DNA from: an uncultured Luteolibacter sp.
GTDB taxonomy: Bacteria > Verrucomicrobiota > Verrucomicrobiia > Verrucomicrobiales > Akkermansiaceae
Length of the DNA stretch: 45,487 bases
NCBI GenBank assembly: GCA_964629955.1
Contig: CAZVSA010000003.1
Span: 1 to 45,487 of the forward strand
Direction: 5' to 3'
Below, one piece after another: positions 9,076-18,455 of this stretch. The notes below the pieces were generated by a model. It had not been told where the DNA came from. It worked only from the letters and a program-made list of their open reading frames with translations, and made no database searches. Within the stretch, counting starts at the first letter, position 1, and each line of letters opens with the position of its first letter. Made by a program: the position numbers and the translations under genes.

Positions 9076-10686
9076 TCAGTGGTTGCACCGTCCGGGGCCG
9101 AAGTTGCCTGGCATTTTTGGGGAATATGCCGCCTGGAAGAAAAGCAAGCGTTCCGAAATCTCCGAAAGAAGCAACATGGGAAAAGCCAGCCAAGGCTGAA
9201 CGAGCGCCGAAAGGATGGCGAGATATGCGAAAACAAAACGGGAGTTGAGGATGCGGCGGAGCGGGCCGAGCTGGACGCGCGCGCTGTGAAGATCGGGCGA
9301 CCAGTGGTCTTCGCTGTCTCCGGTTGGTTTGAGGATGCGGGCCTCGGGAATCATTTTGAGCAGGACGACGGCGGCGAATGCGAGTGCAAGGACGGGGGAA
9401 GGATGGGAGATGAGTATTCCCAGCAGCATGAAACATAGAACCGTGCCGAAGAATCTCGCCGAGGTGAGGGACAGACGCCAGGATGTGCGCTTTGTATCCT
9501 GATAGATCATCACACTCGTGAAGACGGCGAGAAACCCTACGGGAAGCGCCGAATAAGCGGTGACCAATGAGAGGAGATTTTTGTAAGGGAAATCCGGAGT
9601 GAGGGAAAAGGTTGCGAGGAGCAAGGGGATGGGGGCGAAGAGGGAGAAGGCGAGGATTTCCCGGGAGAGCCAGGAGGTGCGGAGGCCGAGGAAGAAGCGC
9701 CAGGCCTTGAGGGGTTGGCCGAGATGGAGAGTGGCGGCCATCATGCCGAGATTGAAAAGCAGCGCTCCGGCGAGAATGACGGATGGTGGCGCAGCTCCCA
9801 TGCTTGCGGAAAGGAGACCGATCCCCGCCTGGGTGAGAACAAGCATGAAAACGAGGGGCCAGTGGGCATGCTGGGGGACGAGGGAATTCCGGTCGCCCGC
9901 GAAGGAGGAGGCGGGAATGCCGCGGCCGATGTAACGGGTGGTGGGGTGGGTGATGGAGAAGTCGGGAATGGCGGATTCCCGGGGCAGCGTGGTTGTCCGG
10001 AAAAGATCTGTCCCGGATGGCATTTCCTTCAAATCGCCCCCGGTTGTGTGTTTCACGATGCGGATGGCTTCGGTGGGGCAGGCTTGCACACAGGCGGGGG
10101 CTTCTCCTTCCGAAAGCCGCTGATGGCACATATCACATTTTCTTACGATGCCGCGCTTTTTTGAGTATTTGGGAACATCGTAAGGGCATTTCAAAATGCA
10201 ATAAGAGCAGCCTATGCATTGGTCGTCGAGATGGCGGACGATGCCGGTGTCCCTGTCCTTTTCGTAAGCGCCGACGGGGCATCCATTCAAACAACCGGGG
10301 TCTTCGCAATGATGACAGGCGGTGGTAATGGTCTGTTGCCAGCCCGGTTGCTCTTCGCCGCCGATCAGGACTCCGATGTCGCGCCATGCCTCGTGGTCAT
10401 CGAGACCATTGAGCGAGTGGCATGCGGAAACGCAGGCTTTGCAGCCGGTGCAGCGGTCGAGCGAAACTTCAAAAGCATATTGTTCCCCGGCTCCCGGCTT
10501 GGTGAGGGGAATGAGGGTGCGGTAGTGCTCGGCGAGATCGGGAGCGCGGTCGTGGATTTCGGAAAAACGGGCTGCCGGAGTTTGGAGCTGTTTTTGCTCG
10601 GAGAGGAGTTGGTCGATGAGGGTGCGCGGCTCCGGTCCGGGAGTCGCCGGCTTGAGGGGTGGCAGGCGTTTGAGGGTTTGATGCAA
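9076..10686 (-). CDS. 4x[4Fe-4S] ferredoxin (DmsB-like) fused to a DmsC/YnfH-family membrane anchor
   Basis: Cys motifs CTGCKACVSAC, CHHCEDPGCLNGCP, CIGCSYCILKCP and CDMC...CVQACP; then HWPLVFMLVLTQ, HLGQPLKAWR, SWLSREI and ERLLFF with about 8 TM segments. Confidence 0.88.
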   Translation of the reverse strand: MHQTLKRLPPLKPATPGPEPRTLIDQLLSEQKQLQTPAARFSEIHDRAPDLAEHYRTLIPLTKPGAGEQYAFEVSLDRCTGCKACVSACHSLNGLDDHEAWRDIGVLIGGEEQPGWQQTITTACHHCEDPGCLNGCPVGAYEKDRDTGIVRHLDDQCIGCSYCILKCPYDVPKYSKKRGIVRKCDMCHQRLSEGEAPACVQACPTEAIRIVKHTTGGDLKEMPSGTDLFRTTTLPRESAIPDFSITHPTTRYIGRGIPASSFAGDRNSLVPQHAHWPLVFMLVLTQAGIGLLSASMGAAPPSVILAGALLFNLGMMAATLHLGQPLKAWRFFLGLRTSWLSREILAFSLFAPIPLLLATFSLTPDFPYKNLLSLVTAYSALPVGFLAVFTSVMIYQDTKRTSWRLSLTSARFFGTVLCFMLLGILISHPSPVLALAFAAVVLLKMIPEARILKPTGDSEDHWSPDLHSARVQLGPLRRILNSRFVFAYLAILSALVQPWLAFPMLLLSEISERLLFFQAAYSPKMPGNFGPGRCNH

Positions 10687-10692
10687 GGGGTC

Positions 10693-11280
10693 TCAGGATG
10701 GGGTGAGGGCGGAGAGACATTCCTCGAAACGACCGGCGAATGTTTTGAAAGGCTCGTCGATATCGACATCGGCTTCGGTGATCCCGAACAGGGAAGACGC
10801 GCCGAGAGCGGTGAGCCGGGTTTGGAAATCGTGACCGCATTTGCAGAATGCGGGGTAGCTGGAATCTCCGAGCGCCAGAATGGCGAAATGAACACCGGAA
10901 AGCGGCGGTGCATCCCCGGAGTGGAGCACGGCATGAAAGTTCGCGGCGTTGTCGGGAGGTTCTCCATCACCGTAGGTGGAGGTGATGATGGCGAGATGAG
11001 TCATGGAAACCAGATCGGAGGGTTTTACGTCCGCCATGTCCTTGATGGTGGTTTGGTGTCCTCTGGAATCGAGTTGTTTCGCGAGTTTTTTGGCGAGGGA
11101 TTCGGAGGTTCCGGTTTGCGATCCCCAGATGATATGGACGGGAACCCCGCTGGCGGCGGTTTCCCCGGTTTCGGCGGGAGGGGGAAAGGATGAGGAGAGC
11201 CCGTCGAGGAAACCCTTCAACCACATGCGCTGGGCTCCGGTGAAAGGGGTGTTGGGCGGAAGCGTGAGACGGTGGGCCAC
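10693..11280 (-). CDS. stand-alone flavodoxin-domain protein (CysJ-type FMN domain)
   Basis: WGSQTGTSE, TSTYGDGEPPDNA and LGDSSYPAFC FMN motifs. GTG start at 11280 chosen because the longer ORF overlaps nirA. No FAD/NADPH domains. Confidence 0.85.
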   Translation of the reverse strand: MAHRLTLPPNTPFTGAQRMWLKGFLDGLSSSFPPPAETGETAASGVPVHIIWGSQTGTSESLAKKLAKQLDSRGHQTTIKDMADVKPSDLVSMTHLAIITSTYGDGEPPDNAANFHAVLHSGDAPPLSGVHFAILALGDSSYPAFCKCGHDFQTRLTALGASSLFGITEADVDIDEPFKTFAGRFEECLSALTPS

Positions 11281-11312
11281 GGTGGAGGAGATTTGTTTGA
11301 AATGGGCGGCGC

Positions 11313-13076
11313 TCAGGCGGCGGCTGTCCGGATGAATTTCACGAGTTCCTGCAATTCGTGGACTTCGTGGCGTTTGGCGAAGGAGGAAAAGGATTCGTCC
11401 GGATGACGATTGCCCAGATAGGCCCTGAGCAGGGCTTCGATGAGGGGAGGGATTTCCGGCCAGGGAATGGATTTCCATATCTCCCGGGCGATCGCCTGAG
11501 TGTCATCGACTCCACCGCCGATGACGATGTTGTAGCCGTCAACGGAATCGCCGGAAGGTGTTTTCACTCTCACCCCCATCATGCCGATGTCCCCGATGTA
11601 GTGCTGGGCGCAGGAATGGGGGCAGCCGGTGAAATGAATGTTGACCGGTTGATCGAGGGTGATCCTTTGATCGAGATACGAGCCGAGCGCGACGGCGTTT
11701 CCTTTGGTGTCCGCGGCGGCGTATTTGCAGCCGCGGCTGCCGGTGCAGGCGATGATGCCGCCGGTGAGGGCCGCGGGCCGGTAGTCGAATCCGGCGGCGA
11801 TGACGGTGGCGGCGGCGGCTTCCACCTTGTCATCGGGAATGCCGGGGATGATGAGATTCTGCCAGACGGTGAGGCGCAGTTCCCCGCGGCCATGGCGGTC
11901 CGCGATTTCCGCGAGCTGGTTCATCTGGGTGCAGCTCATCCGGCCGACCGGGGTGAGGATGCCCAGATAGTTTTTGCCGTCCTTCTGAGGATGGATGCCG
12001 AGGTGGCCGTGCTTGGATTTGGGGACGGGAGGCTCGCAGGATTCGAGTGGGAAGTATCGCAGGCCGAACGCGAGTTTTTCGGCTGTTTTTTCGAGGGTTT
12101 TGGGAATTCCCCATTCATCGACGAGATATTTGAGGCGGGCTTTCTTGCGGTTGGTGCGATCACCGTTTTCGATGAAAACGCGCATGAGCGCCGCCGCGAC
12201 GGGCAGCGTCTCGGCGGGAGTGAGGAGGAGGCCGCAATCGGTCGCGAACTGTTTGTGGCCGGTGATTCCGCAGAGTTGCATGCGGAAGTAGATGCCGGGT
12301 TCGACGGATTGGTTGGGACCGACTTTCACGGCATAGAATGCGATGTCGTTGGTGTCGGCGCAGGTGGAAATGCTTCCTCCGGAATCGTAGGAAATGTTGA
12401 ACTTCCGGGGGAGCCCGTAGAGGTCCCGGTTTTTCAAAATGTAGTGATGGATGGCCCTGGCGTAGGGAAGGACGTCGATGAGCTCGCCGGGATCGAATCC
12501 GCTGGTGGGCGTGGCGGTGATGTTGCGGACGTTGTCGGCTCCGGAACCTTGGGAAGTAAGGCCGAGGTCGGCGAGTTTCATGAGAACCGCCGGAGCATTG
12601 GCGGGCATGATTTCCCGGATCTGAAGATTCGCGCGGGTGGTGAGATCGGCGTGTCCGGGGCCCCATTCGGCGGCCATTTCGGACAGGCCGCGGAGCTGGG
12701 CGGAGGTGAGCGCCCCACCCGCGATGCGGCAGCGCAGCATCAGGCTTTCCTGGGCGGGGGACACGAAGAAGAGACCGTGGAATTTGTAGCGGAACACATC
12801 CCCGTCTTTCGGGAAAACGCCGGTGGCGGCGTTGGCGAGGATTGTGTCGTAGCAGTCGAGCCCGTGTTGCTCGTGTTTGATGATTTCCTCGCGGCAAAGA
12901 TCTTCGACGGGCGTGCCGTGAACGGTTTCCACGGCCTGCGCGGGATCGTGGGTGAAGCGGCTGGCTGAGTCCTGACCGAGAAACGGGAGATCACGGGATT
13001 GCAGGACGCCGGTGACGAAGCCGGAGAGATAGGAAGTTTGTTCCTCGGTGAAACCGGAGTTAAGGAGATCGACCAT
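11313..13076 (-). CDS. nirA: ferredoxin/flavodoxin-dependent siroheme nitrite reductase
   Basis: [23 protein letters not shown] and LPRKFN motifs; siroheme/FeS ligands CTGSRGC and GCPHSCAQH. Confidence 0.92.
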   Translation of the reverse strand: MVDLLNSGFTEEQTSYLSGFVTGVLQSRDLPFLGQDSASRFTHDPAQAVETVHGTPVEDLCREEIIKHEQHGLDCYDTILANAATGVFPKDGDVFRYKFHGLFFVSPAQESLMLRCRIAGGALTSAQLRGLSEMAAEWGPGHADLTTRANLQIREIMPANAPAVLMKLADLGLTSQGSGADNVRNITATPTSGFDPGELIDVLPYARAIHHYILKNRDLYGLPRKFNISYDSGGSISTCADTNDIAFYAVKVGPNQSVEPGIYFRMQLCGITGHKQFATDCGLLLTPAETLPVAAALMRVFIENGDRTNRKKARLKYLVDEWGIPKTLEKTAEKLAFGLRYFPLESCEPPVPKSKHGHLGIHPQKDGKNYLGILTPVGRMSCTQMNQLAEIADRHGRGELRLTVWQNLIIPGIPDDKVEAAAATVIAAGFDYRPAALTGGIIACTGSRGCKYAAADTKGNAVALGSYLDQRITLDQPVNIHFTGCPHSCAQHYIGDIGMMGVRVKTPSGDSVDGYNIVIGGGVDDTQAIAREIWKSIPWPEIPPLIEALLRAYLGNRHPDESFSSFAKRHEVHELQELVKFIRTAAA

Positions 13077-13106
13077 GATGACAAGGATTGTGGTTTTCCT
13101 GATGGA

Positions 13107-13123
13107 AGCACCGGGGGTGCCGT
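13107..13123 (-). promoter_or_regulatory. sigma54-like -24/-12 promoter for the nirA operon
   Basis: Minus strand reads ACGGCACCCCCGGTGCT (GG-N10-GC), 31 bp upstream of the nirA ATG. Confidence 0.6.
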
Positions 13124-13171
13124 CGGCCGGTGGAATGGTATGTGTGAAGTGAAAGATCCGGCACGCCGGAG

Positions 13172-13186
13172 ATGAATGGGATTCAT
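13172..13186. promoter_or_regulatory. LysR-type palindromic box upstream of nirA
   Basis: ATGAATGGGATTCAT (ATGA-N7-TCAT, fits T-N11-A), 51 bp from the -24 GG. Confidence 0.7.
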
Positions 13187-13189
13187 TTC

Positions 13190-14080
13190 TCAGCGGGACG
13201 GGTGCGAGGGAACCGGCATGTCAGCGCTTCCCATGTGCCGGGCGGCGGCTTCCGATTCGCGGGCGAGCGGGGGATTGATGCGGCTGGGGCGGATGTGGGA
13301 TCTCTCGTTGAGGAAATCGAGAAGGTGGTTCCTGAGAATCGGATAGCGCGGATCGGCGAGAATGGCCGCGCGGTCGCGGGGGCGCTCGAAGGGAATCGTG
13401 AGAATATCCCCGACTTCCGCTTCCGGGCCATCGGTCATCATGACGACGCGGTCGGAAAGGAAGATGGCCTCATCGACATCGTGGGTCACCATGAGCGTGG
13501 TGAGGCGGTTGCGGCGCCAGAGATCGAGGAGCACCTCCTGGAGTTCCATTTTCGTGAGGGAATCGAGCATGCCGAAGGGCTCGTCCAGCAGGAGCATCTT
13601 CGGCTGGAGGGCGAATGCCCGGGCGATCCCGACACGCTGGCGCATGCCCTGGGAGAGATCGCCGGGATATTTGTCCATGGCATGGCCGAGCCCCACGACT
13701 GATAGATAATAGCGGGCGAGTTCGCGTCGCTCGGATTTGGGGGCGTTGAAATAGACCTGATTCACACCGAGCATGACATTTTCCATGGCGGTCATCCATG
13801 GGAGCAGGCAGGGAGACTGGAAGACGACGCCGCGGTCCGGGCCGGGCTCGTTGGTTTCCCGGCCTGCGAGAATCATGGAGCCGCCGGTGATGTCGGTCAG
13901 CCCCGCGACCATCGACAGGACGGTGGACTTTCCGCACCCGCTGTGGCCGATGACGGTGATGAACTCGCCCTGGGCCAGATTGAGATTGAATTCCCTGACG
14001 ATGACCGCCGGGCCGCTTGGAGAGGGGTAGGATTTGGAAAGGCGGAACAGTTCCAGAATGGGAGCTTGGGAATCGGTCAT
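13190..14080 (-). CDS. nrtD: nitrate/nitrite ABC transporter ATP-binding subunit (NrtD-like)
   Basis: [33 protein letters not shown] and THDVDEA motifs. Confidence 0.85.
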   Translation of the reverse strand: MTDSQAPILELFRLSKSYPSPSGPAVIVREFNLNLAQGEFITVIGHSGCGKSTVLSMVAGLTDITGGSMILAGRETNEPGPDRGVVFQSPCLLPWMTAMENVMLGVNQVYFNAPKSERRELARYYLSVVGLGHAMDKYPGDLSQGMRQRVGIARAFALQPKMLLLDEPFGMLDSLTKMELQEVLLDLWRRNRLTTLMVTHDVDEAIFLSDRVVMMTDGPEAEVGDILTIPFERPRDRAAILADPRYPILRNHLLDFLNERSHIRPSRINPPLARESEAAARHMGSADMPVPSHPSR

Positions 14081-14994
14081 GAGGATTCGATTTGGAGTTC
14101 TTCCCTGACGAGGCGCGAGCGGCGGCGAGGTTCGGGTTTTGCAAAGAAGGGAAGGGTGCGTTTGATGGTGATGTCCTCGGGAAGCAGATCCGGGACGGGG
14201 AGCTGCCGGGTGATTTGCGAGGCGCTGTCCCGCTTCGCTCCTAACAGGGTGTTGACGAGCCCGATCTTGAGCTTTTTGAAAACGGCATCCTTGAGCAGTT
14301 CCCGGCGGTCGCGCGGCCGTGCGAGGGGAATCGGGATGGCATCGCCCAGCGTGGCTCCGTCCCGGCCGGGAAGAAGCGGGATCACGCGGTCCGCGACGAG
14401 CAGCGCCTCATCGGGATCGTTGGTGATCCAGACGACGGTGGTGCGGTTCTTTTGCCATATGTCCGCGATTTCGTCCTGAAGGGTGGCCCGCGTGAGGGCG
14501 TCGAGCGCGGAGAGAGGTTCGTCGAGGAGAAGCACGCGGGGATTCGTGGCAAGCGTGCGGGCCACGGCGACGCGCTGGCGCATGCCACCGGAGAGTTCGC
14601 GGGGATATTTGGCGGAGGCAGGGGTGAGTTTCACCATATCCACATATCTCGCGGTGTGCTCCGCCCGTTCCGCGGGTGAAAGCTCCGGGTGGATCTGATC
14701 TACGGCGAGGCGGATGTTTTCCGCAACGGTGAGCCAGGGCAGGAGGGAGTAGTTCTGGAAAACGATTCCTCTCTCGGGGCCGGGGCCATCGATGATCCCG
14801 CCCTCCATTTCCGCCGTTCCGGAACTGGGTTTGATCAGTCCGGCGATGAGATTGATGAGAGTGCTTTTTCCGGTGCCCGAGTAGCCGATGATGGAAACGA
14901 AGTCTCCTTCTCCGACACTGAGATCGATGTCATGGAGGACGGGCTGGCCGGTGTAGTTTTTCGAGAGGCCCTTGAGTTCCAGAATGGGTGGCAT
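14077..14994 (-). CDS. nrtC: nitrate/nitrite ABC transporter ATP-binding subunit (NrtC-like, no C-terminal regulatory domain)
   Basis: ATG at 14994 (MPPILELK); [16 protein letters not shown] and LLDEPLS motifs; the switch His is replaced (WITNDPDE); 4-bp overlap with nrtD. Confidence 0.8.
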   Translation of the reverse strand: MPPILELKGLSKNYTGQPVLHDIDLSVGEGDFVSIIGYSGTGKSTLINLIAGLIKPSSGTAEMEGGIIDGPGPERGIVFQNYSLLPWLTVAENIRLAVDQIHPELSPAERAEHTARYVDMVKLTPASAKYPRELSGGMRQRVAVARTLATNPRVLLLDEPLSALDALTRATLQDEIADIWQKNRTTVVWITNDPDEALLVADRVIPLLPGRDGATLGDAIPIPLARPRDRRELLKDAVFKKLKIGLVNTLLGAKRDSASQITRQLPVPDLLPEDITIKRTLPFFAKPEPRRRSRLVREELQIESS

Positions 14995-15017
14995 GGCGGA
15001 GGCGGTGTTTTTGGTTT

Positions 15018-15893
15018 TCACGCGGTGCGGAAGCGGCCTTCGATGAGGCTCATGGCGCGGTCCAGCACGAAGCCGATGACTCCGATCATGAGGATGGAAA
15101 GGATGATGTGGGCGAAACTGTTGGCATTGTATTGCTGCCAGAGGAATCCGCCGATGCCGGGCTTTCCGATGAGCATTTCCACCGCGACGATGACCAGCCA
15201 TGCAATACCGAGCGACAAACGGAAACCGGTGAACATATAGGGAAGGGCGGAGGGGATGAGGATTTTGAACAGCGTCTTGGTGCGGGAGAGTTTGAGAACC
15301 TTCGCCACATTGAGATAATCCTGGGGGACCGCGCGGACACCGACCGCGGTATTGAGCACGGTGGGCCACATGGCGCAGATGGCGATGGTGAAGAGGGCGG
15401 CGGCATCGGACGTGCCGAAGGTGGTGCGCCCGCTGGCGTCCATGATGCGGAATCCGCTGAAGATCACCATGCCGAGCGGCAGCCAGGCGAGGGGAGAGAC
15501 GGGGCGCAGGATCTGGATGATGGGATCGAAGGCTTTGGTGAAATTTTTCGAGAGCCCGAGGAGGAAGCCGATGGGCGTTCCTATCAGGAGGGCGATGAAG
15601 TATCCTTGGGCGACGAGTTTCAGGGAAAGCCACGCGAAACGCAGGATGCCCTGATCGAGTTCCCCGCGTTTGGCGAGAGGTTCCATGATGTAGGGCTTGC
15701 TGGCTTCCCATGTCTCCGCAGGGGAGGGGAGGTCGGCGGAAATGCCCGCACGGGTGGTGCGTGTGACGGTATCCCCCCAGTCATCGACATAGGTGTGGAC
15801 GGTGGCGCTGCCCGAGATGAGCGCCCATCCTCCCAGACAGACGAGCAGGGCGATGGCGGGCAGGAAGATGGAGTCGAGTTTGATGCGTGACAT
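15018..15893 (-). CDS. nrtB: nitrate/nitrite ABC transporter permease
   Basis: LRPVSPLAWLP, WPTVLNTAVGV and GIAWLVIVAVEM motifs. Confidence 0.88.
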   Translation of the reverse strand: MSRIKLDSIFLPAIALLVCLGGWALISGSATVHTYVDDWGDTVTRTTRAGISADLPSPAETWEASKPYIMEPLAKRGELDQGILRFAWLSLKLVAQGYFIALLIGTPIGFLLGLSKNFTKAFDPIIQILRPVSPLAWLPLGMVIFSGFRIMDASGRTTFGTSDAAALFTIAICAMWPTVLNTAVGVRAVPQDYLNVAKVLKLSRTKTLFKILIPSALPYMFTGFRLSLGIAWLVIVAVEMLIGKPGIGGFLWQQYNANSFAHIILSILMIGVIGFVLDRAMSLIEGRFRTA

Positions 15894-15920
15894 GGAATGG
15901 GTGGTTGCTGGTCCTTGAAA

Positions 15921-17207
15921 TCAGCCTTTGAGGGAATGGATGGGAAATGATTTGGCAAACTCTTCGGGATCGGAGGCGGGATCGAACACCGTGCCATCGA
16001 AGAAGGTCTCCGGGCTGTCATCGAGTCCCGCATGGGTATAACCGATCTCCTTCATCGCTTCTTCGTAGAGGTCATGCCTCATCACCTGGCGGGTGACGGC
16101 TTCATAATCCGGCGCTCCTTCGGTGAAGCCCCAGCGGCGGAGCTGGGTGAGCCACCATTTGCAGTATTTTGGCTGCGGGAAGTTGCAGTTCCGCTCGCTG
16201 AAGATCATGTAATCGGGATCGCGGAAGCGGCGGCCGTCTCCCATGTCGTACTTTCCTTGCAGACGCCCGAGGATGAGTTCGGGCTGGCAATTGATATATG
16301 AGGTGGCGCTGACGATTTTCGCCTGTTCCCCGCGGTTCTCCAGTTGGTCGAGCCACGCGCTGGCTTCGTGGAGGGCTTTCAGAACGGCTTTGACGGTTTT
16401 GGGATTTTTTCCGGCGAATTCCTCGGTGAAGGCACAGACCTTCTCGGGGTGGTCTTTCCATATCTGCTGGGTGTTGATGCCGGTGAAACCGACTCCTTCA
16501 TTGATTGCCTGGGCGTTCCATGGTTCTCCGACGCAAAAGCCGTCCATTTTTCCGACTTTCATGTTGGCGACCATTTGAGGAGGCGGGATGGTGATGAGTG
16601 AAACATCGGCGCCGCCGCCATTGGCATCACCGGGGTGAATGCCGCCGGCCGCGAGCCAGTAGCGGAGCCAGAAGGCGTGGGTGCCGGGTGGAAACGTCAT
16701 GGCGAAGGCCATGGGATTTCCGGCGGCTTTGGCGGCATCGACGATCGGTTTGAGCGCTTTGGGATCGTCGGCGACTTTGCCTTTCAGGGAATTGGCGAGA
16801 CTGATCGACTGGCCGTTGCGGTTGAGAATCCACGGGATGACCATGGGTCTCGGGGGAGCGCCGCCGAGACCCATGGTGGAGGCGATCGGCATGCCGATGA
16901 GCATGTGGGTGGCCTGGATGTCGCCATTGGCGAGGGAGTCGCGGATGGCGGCCCAACTGGCCCCTTTGGTGATTTTCGAGTTGATGCCGTATTTTTTGAA
17001 AAAGCCTTTTTCGTGGGCGATGATGATCGGCGAACAGTCTGTTAGAGCGATGATTCCGAAGTTCACATTCGGGGATTCCGGGGCGTCTCCCGCGGATTGA
17101 GCCCCGGCCCAGCGGGCGGGCAGGCCGGCGGCAAGGAGCCCGAGGGCGGAAGTTTTCGCGGAGAGGCCGATAAAGCGGCGGCGGGTGGTGGATGTGGAAG
17201 GATTCAT
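15921..17207 (-). CDS. nrtA: nitrate/nitrite ABC transporter substrate-binding protein (CmpA/NrtA family)
   Basis: ATG 17207 followed by a Tat motif TRRRFIG; GIIALTDCSP, TFPPGTH, FCVGEPWN and DHPEKV (Lys as in nitrate binders). Confidence 0.88.
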   Translation of the reverse strand: MNPSTSTTRRRFIGLSAKTSALGLLAAGLPARWAGAQSAGDAPESPNVNFGIIALTDCSPIIIAHEKGFFKKYGINSKITKGASWAAIRDSLANGDIQATHMLIGMPIASTMGLGGAPPRPMVIPWILNRNGQSISLANSLKGKVADDPKALKPIVDAAKAAGNPMAFAMTFPPGTHAFWLRYWLAAGGIHPGDANGGGADVSLITIPPPQMVANMKVGKMDGFCVGEPWNAQAINEGVGFTGINTQQIWKDHPEKVCAFTEEFAGKNPKTVKAVLKALHEASAWLDQLENRGEQAKIVSATSYINCQPELILGRLQGKYDMGDGRRFRDPDYMIFSERNCNFPQPKYCKWWLTQLRRWGFTEGAPDYEAVTRQVMRHDLYEEAMKEIGYTHAGLDDSPETFFDGTVFDPASDPEEFAKSFPIHSLKG

Positions 17208-17237
17208 GATTGTTTCGTCGATCTTGATTCCGGTGAA

Positions 17238-17254
17238 AGCCACCCGGATGCCAA
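17238..17254 (-). promoter_or_regulatory. sigma54-like -24/-12 promoter for nrtABCD
   Basis: Minus strand reads TTGGCATCCGGGTGGCT (GG-N10-GC). Confidence 0.6.
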
Positions 17255-17302
17255 TGCCGTCAAACGGGCGGCAAACCATGAAGATGCCGCTTCATCCGCG
17301 GC

Positions 17303-17317
17303 ATGAAGAGGACTCAT
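17303..17317. promoter_or_regulatory. LysR-type palindromic box upstream of nrtA
   Basis: ATGAAGAGGACTCAT, 51 bp from the -24 GG; a second imperfect site AAGATGCCGCTTCAT lies 22 bp closer (17281-17295). Confidence 0.7.
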
Positions 17318-18363
17318 GCGGGGGCAACGTGCAGACTGGCAGCGTGGTAGAGATCCTCCCGATAGATGCGGGAAAGGGAGCCACCGGTAATGTCCGGCAC
17401 GTTTCCTATGTTCCGCAGGCCGGACAGAACCCAGGAAGCTTTGTCGATGGTGGGCCGGTTTACGGAATCTCCGTGGAAGATATGGAATGATTCCGCGCTG
17501 GAACTTCCGATGCCGCTGTTGAAGCGTTCGCCAAGGCTGTTTTCGAGAATTTCCCCGGACGCGCCCGTGTATTCGGGCTGGGAAAGAATGGCGATGAGAT
17601 CGCGCCTGAAATCCGGGCTCTGGCAGAGGCGGCAGGCATCCAGCAAGGCCGCGACAAGGGCGATGGATTCCTCCTTGCGCTCGCGGAGGAACACCCCGGA
17701 TACCAGCAGCACTTTCTCCGGATGGCTGGAGGAAAGGTCCGCCGAAGTGGCGGGACACCAGCCGGTTCCGGCAAGAACGGACTCCGAGTTCCATGGCTCT
17801 CCGACACAGTAACCGTCGATGTGGCCCGCTTTCAAATGGCGGGGCATGAGGGGAGGGGGGAGAAAAATGATTTCCGCATCCTCGGGAGCGCTGAGCCCGT
17901 TCTTCCGGAGCCAGGCGTTCAGCAGAATATGGTGCGAGGAGAAGCGGTGGGTGGCGGCGAGAGTGAAGGGGCGGTCCTTTTTCCAATAGTGCGTGAGGTG
18001 GGTGCGAAGGCCCTCCCCGTGTCCGATCTTCGCGGGGTCGAGTTCGGAGGAAAGGGTGATGGCATTGCCGTGCAGATTGAGAATCAAAGGCACGGCGACT
18101 TCACAGCGGAGATCGTTGAAGCCCAGGCCAAGCGCGAAGGCGATGCCCGCGATGGATTGGCTGGCATCGAGATCCCCGTAGAAAATCTTGTCGCGGACAC
18201 TGGCCCAGCCCAGCTCGCGGGACAGGGTGACGTTGAGTCCGTAACGTTCAAAAATACCCGTTTCACGGGCCACGGCGATGGGCGCGCAATCGCAGAGAGG
18301 AACAAATCCGAGACGAATTCTCGAATGGCTGCCTCTCCGTCCGCTGGTTTTCAAGTCGATCAC
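17314..18363 (-). CDS. cytoplasmic NrtA/CmpA-family protein (NasS-like putative nitrate/nitrite sensor)
   Basis: IRLGFVPLCDCAP, WASVRDKI, FSSHH, YCVGEPWN and HPEKVL motifs; no signal peptide or Tat motif; GTG 18363 chosen (start uncertain). Confidence 0.8.
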   Translation of the reverse strand: MIDLKTSGRRGSHSRIRLGFVPLCDCAPIAVARETGIFERYGLNVTLSRELGWASVRDKIFYGDLDASQSIAGIAFALGLGFNDLRCEVAVPLILNLHGNAITLSSELDPAKIGHGEGLRTHLTHYWKKDRPFTLAATHRFSSHHILLNAWLRKNGLSAPEDAEIIFLPPPLMPRHLKAGHIDGYCVGEPWNSESVLAGTGWCPATSADLSSSHPEKVLLVSGVFLRERKEESIALVAALLDACRLCQSPDFRRDLIAILSQPEYTGASGEILENSLGERFNSGIGSSSAESFHIFHGDSVNRPTIDKASWVLSGLRNIGNVPDITGGSLSRIYREDLYHAASLHVAPA

Positions 18364-18374
18364 ACGGGGAGGAA

Positions 18375-18391
18375 AGCGTGTGGAATGCCAA
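18375..18391 (-). promoter_or_regulatory. sigma54-like promoter for the first NasS-like gene
   Basis: Minus strand reads TTGGCATTCCACACGCT (GG-N10-GC). Confidence 0.55.
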
Positions 18392-18401
18392 ATCCGCTCC
18401 A

Positions 18402-18418
18402 TTGGCATAAGCCCTGCT
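18402..18418 (+). promoter_or_regulatory. sigma54-like promoter for the first LysR gene
   Basis: TTGGCATAAGCCCTGCT (GG-N10-GC). Confidence 0.6.
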
Positions 18419-18438
18419 GTTTTTCATGCGGCTCGTTC

Positions 18439-18453
18439 ATGAGAGCCGTTCAT
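18439..18453. promoter_or_regulatory. LysR-type palindromic box in the nasS-like/lysR divergent region
   Basis: ATGAGAGCCGTTCAT, 50 bp from the minus-strand -24 GG and 2 bp before the lysR ATG; adjacent imperfect copy ATGCGGCTCGTTCAT at 18426-18440. Confidence 0.7.
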
Positions 18454-18455
18454 TT

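Noticed and set aside
8908..9438. 176-aa ORF beginning MLKRKMKTTEGTEGTEK
   Set aside because: It is a translation of the 9-bp repeat arm and runs antisense into the DmsC-like gene.
6650..10686. Respiratory DMSO reductase or periplasmic NapA
   Set aside because: No Tat signal; catalytic motifs are Nas/NarB-type with a Cys ligand; no napBCD; linked to nirA and nrt genes.
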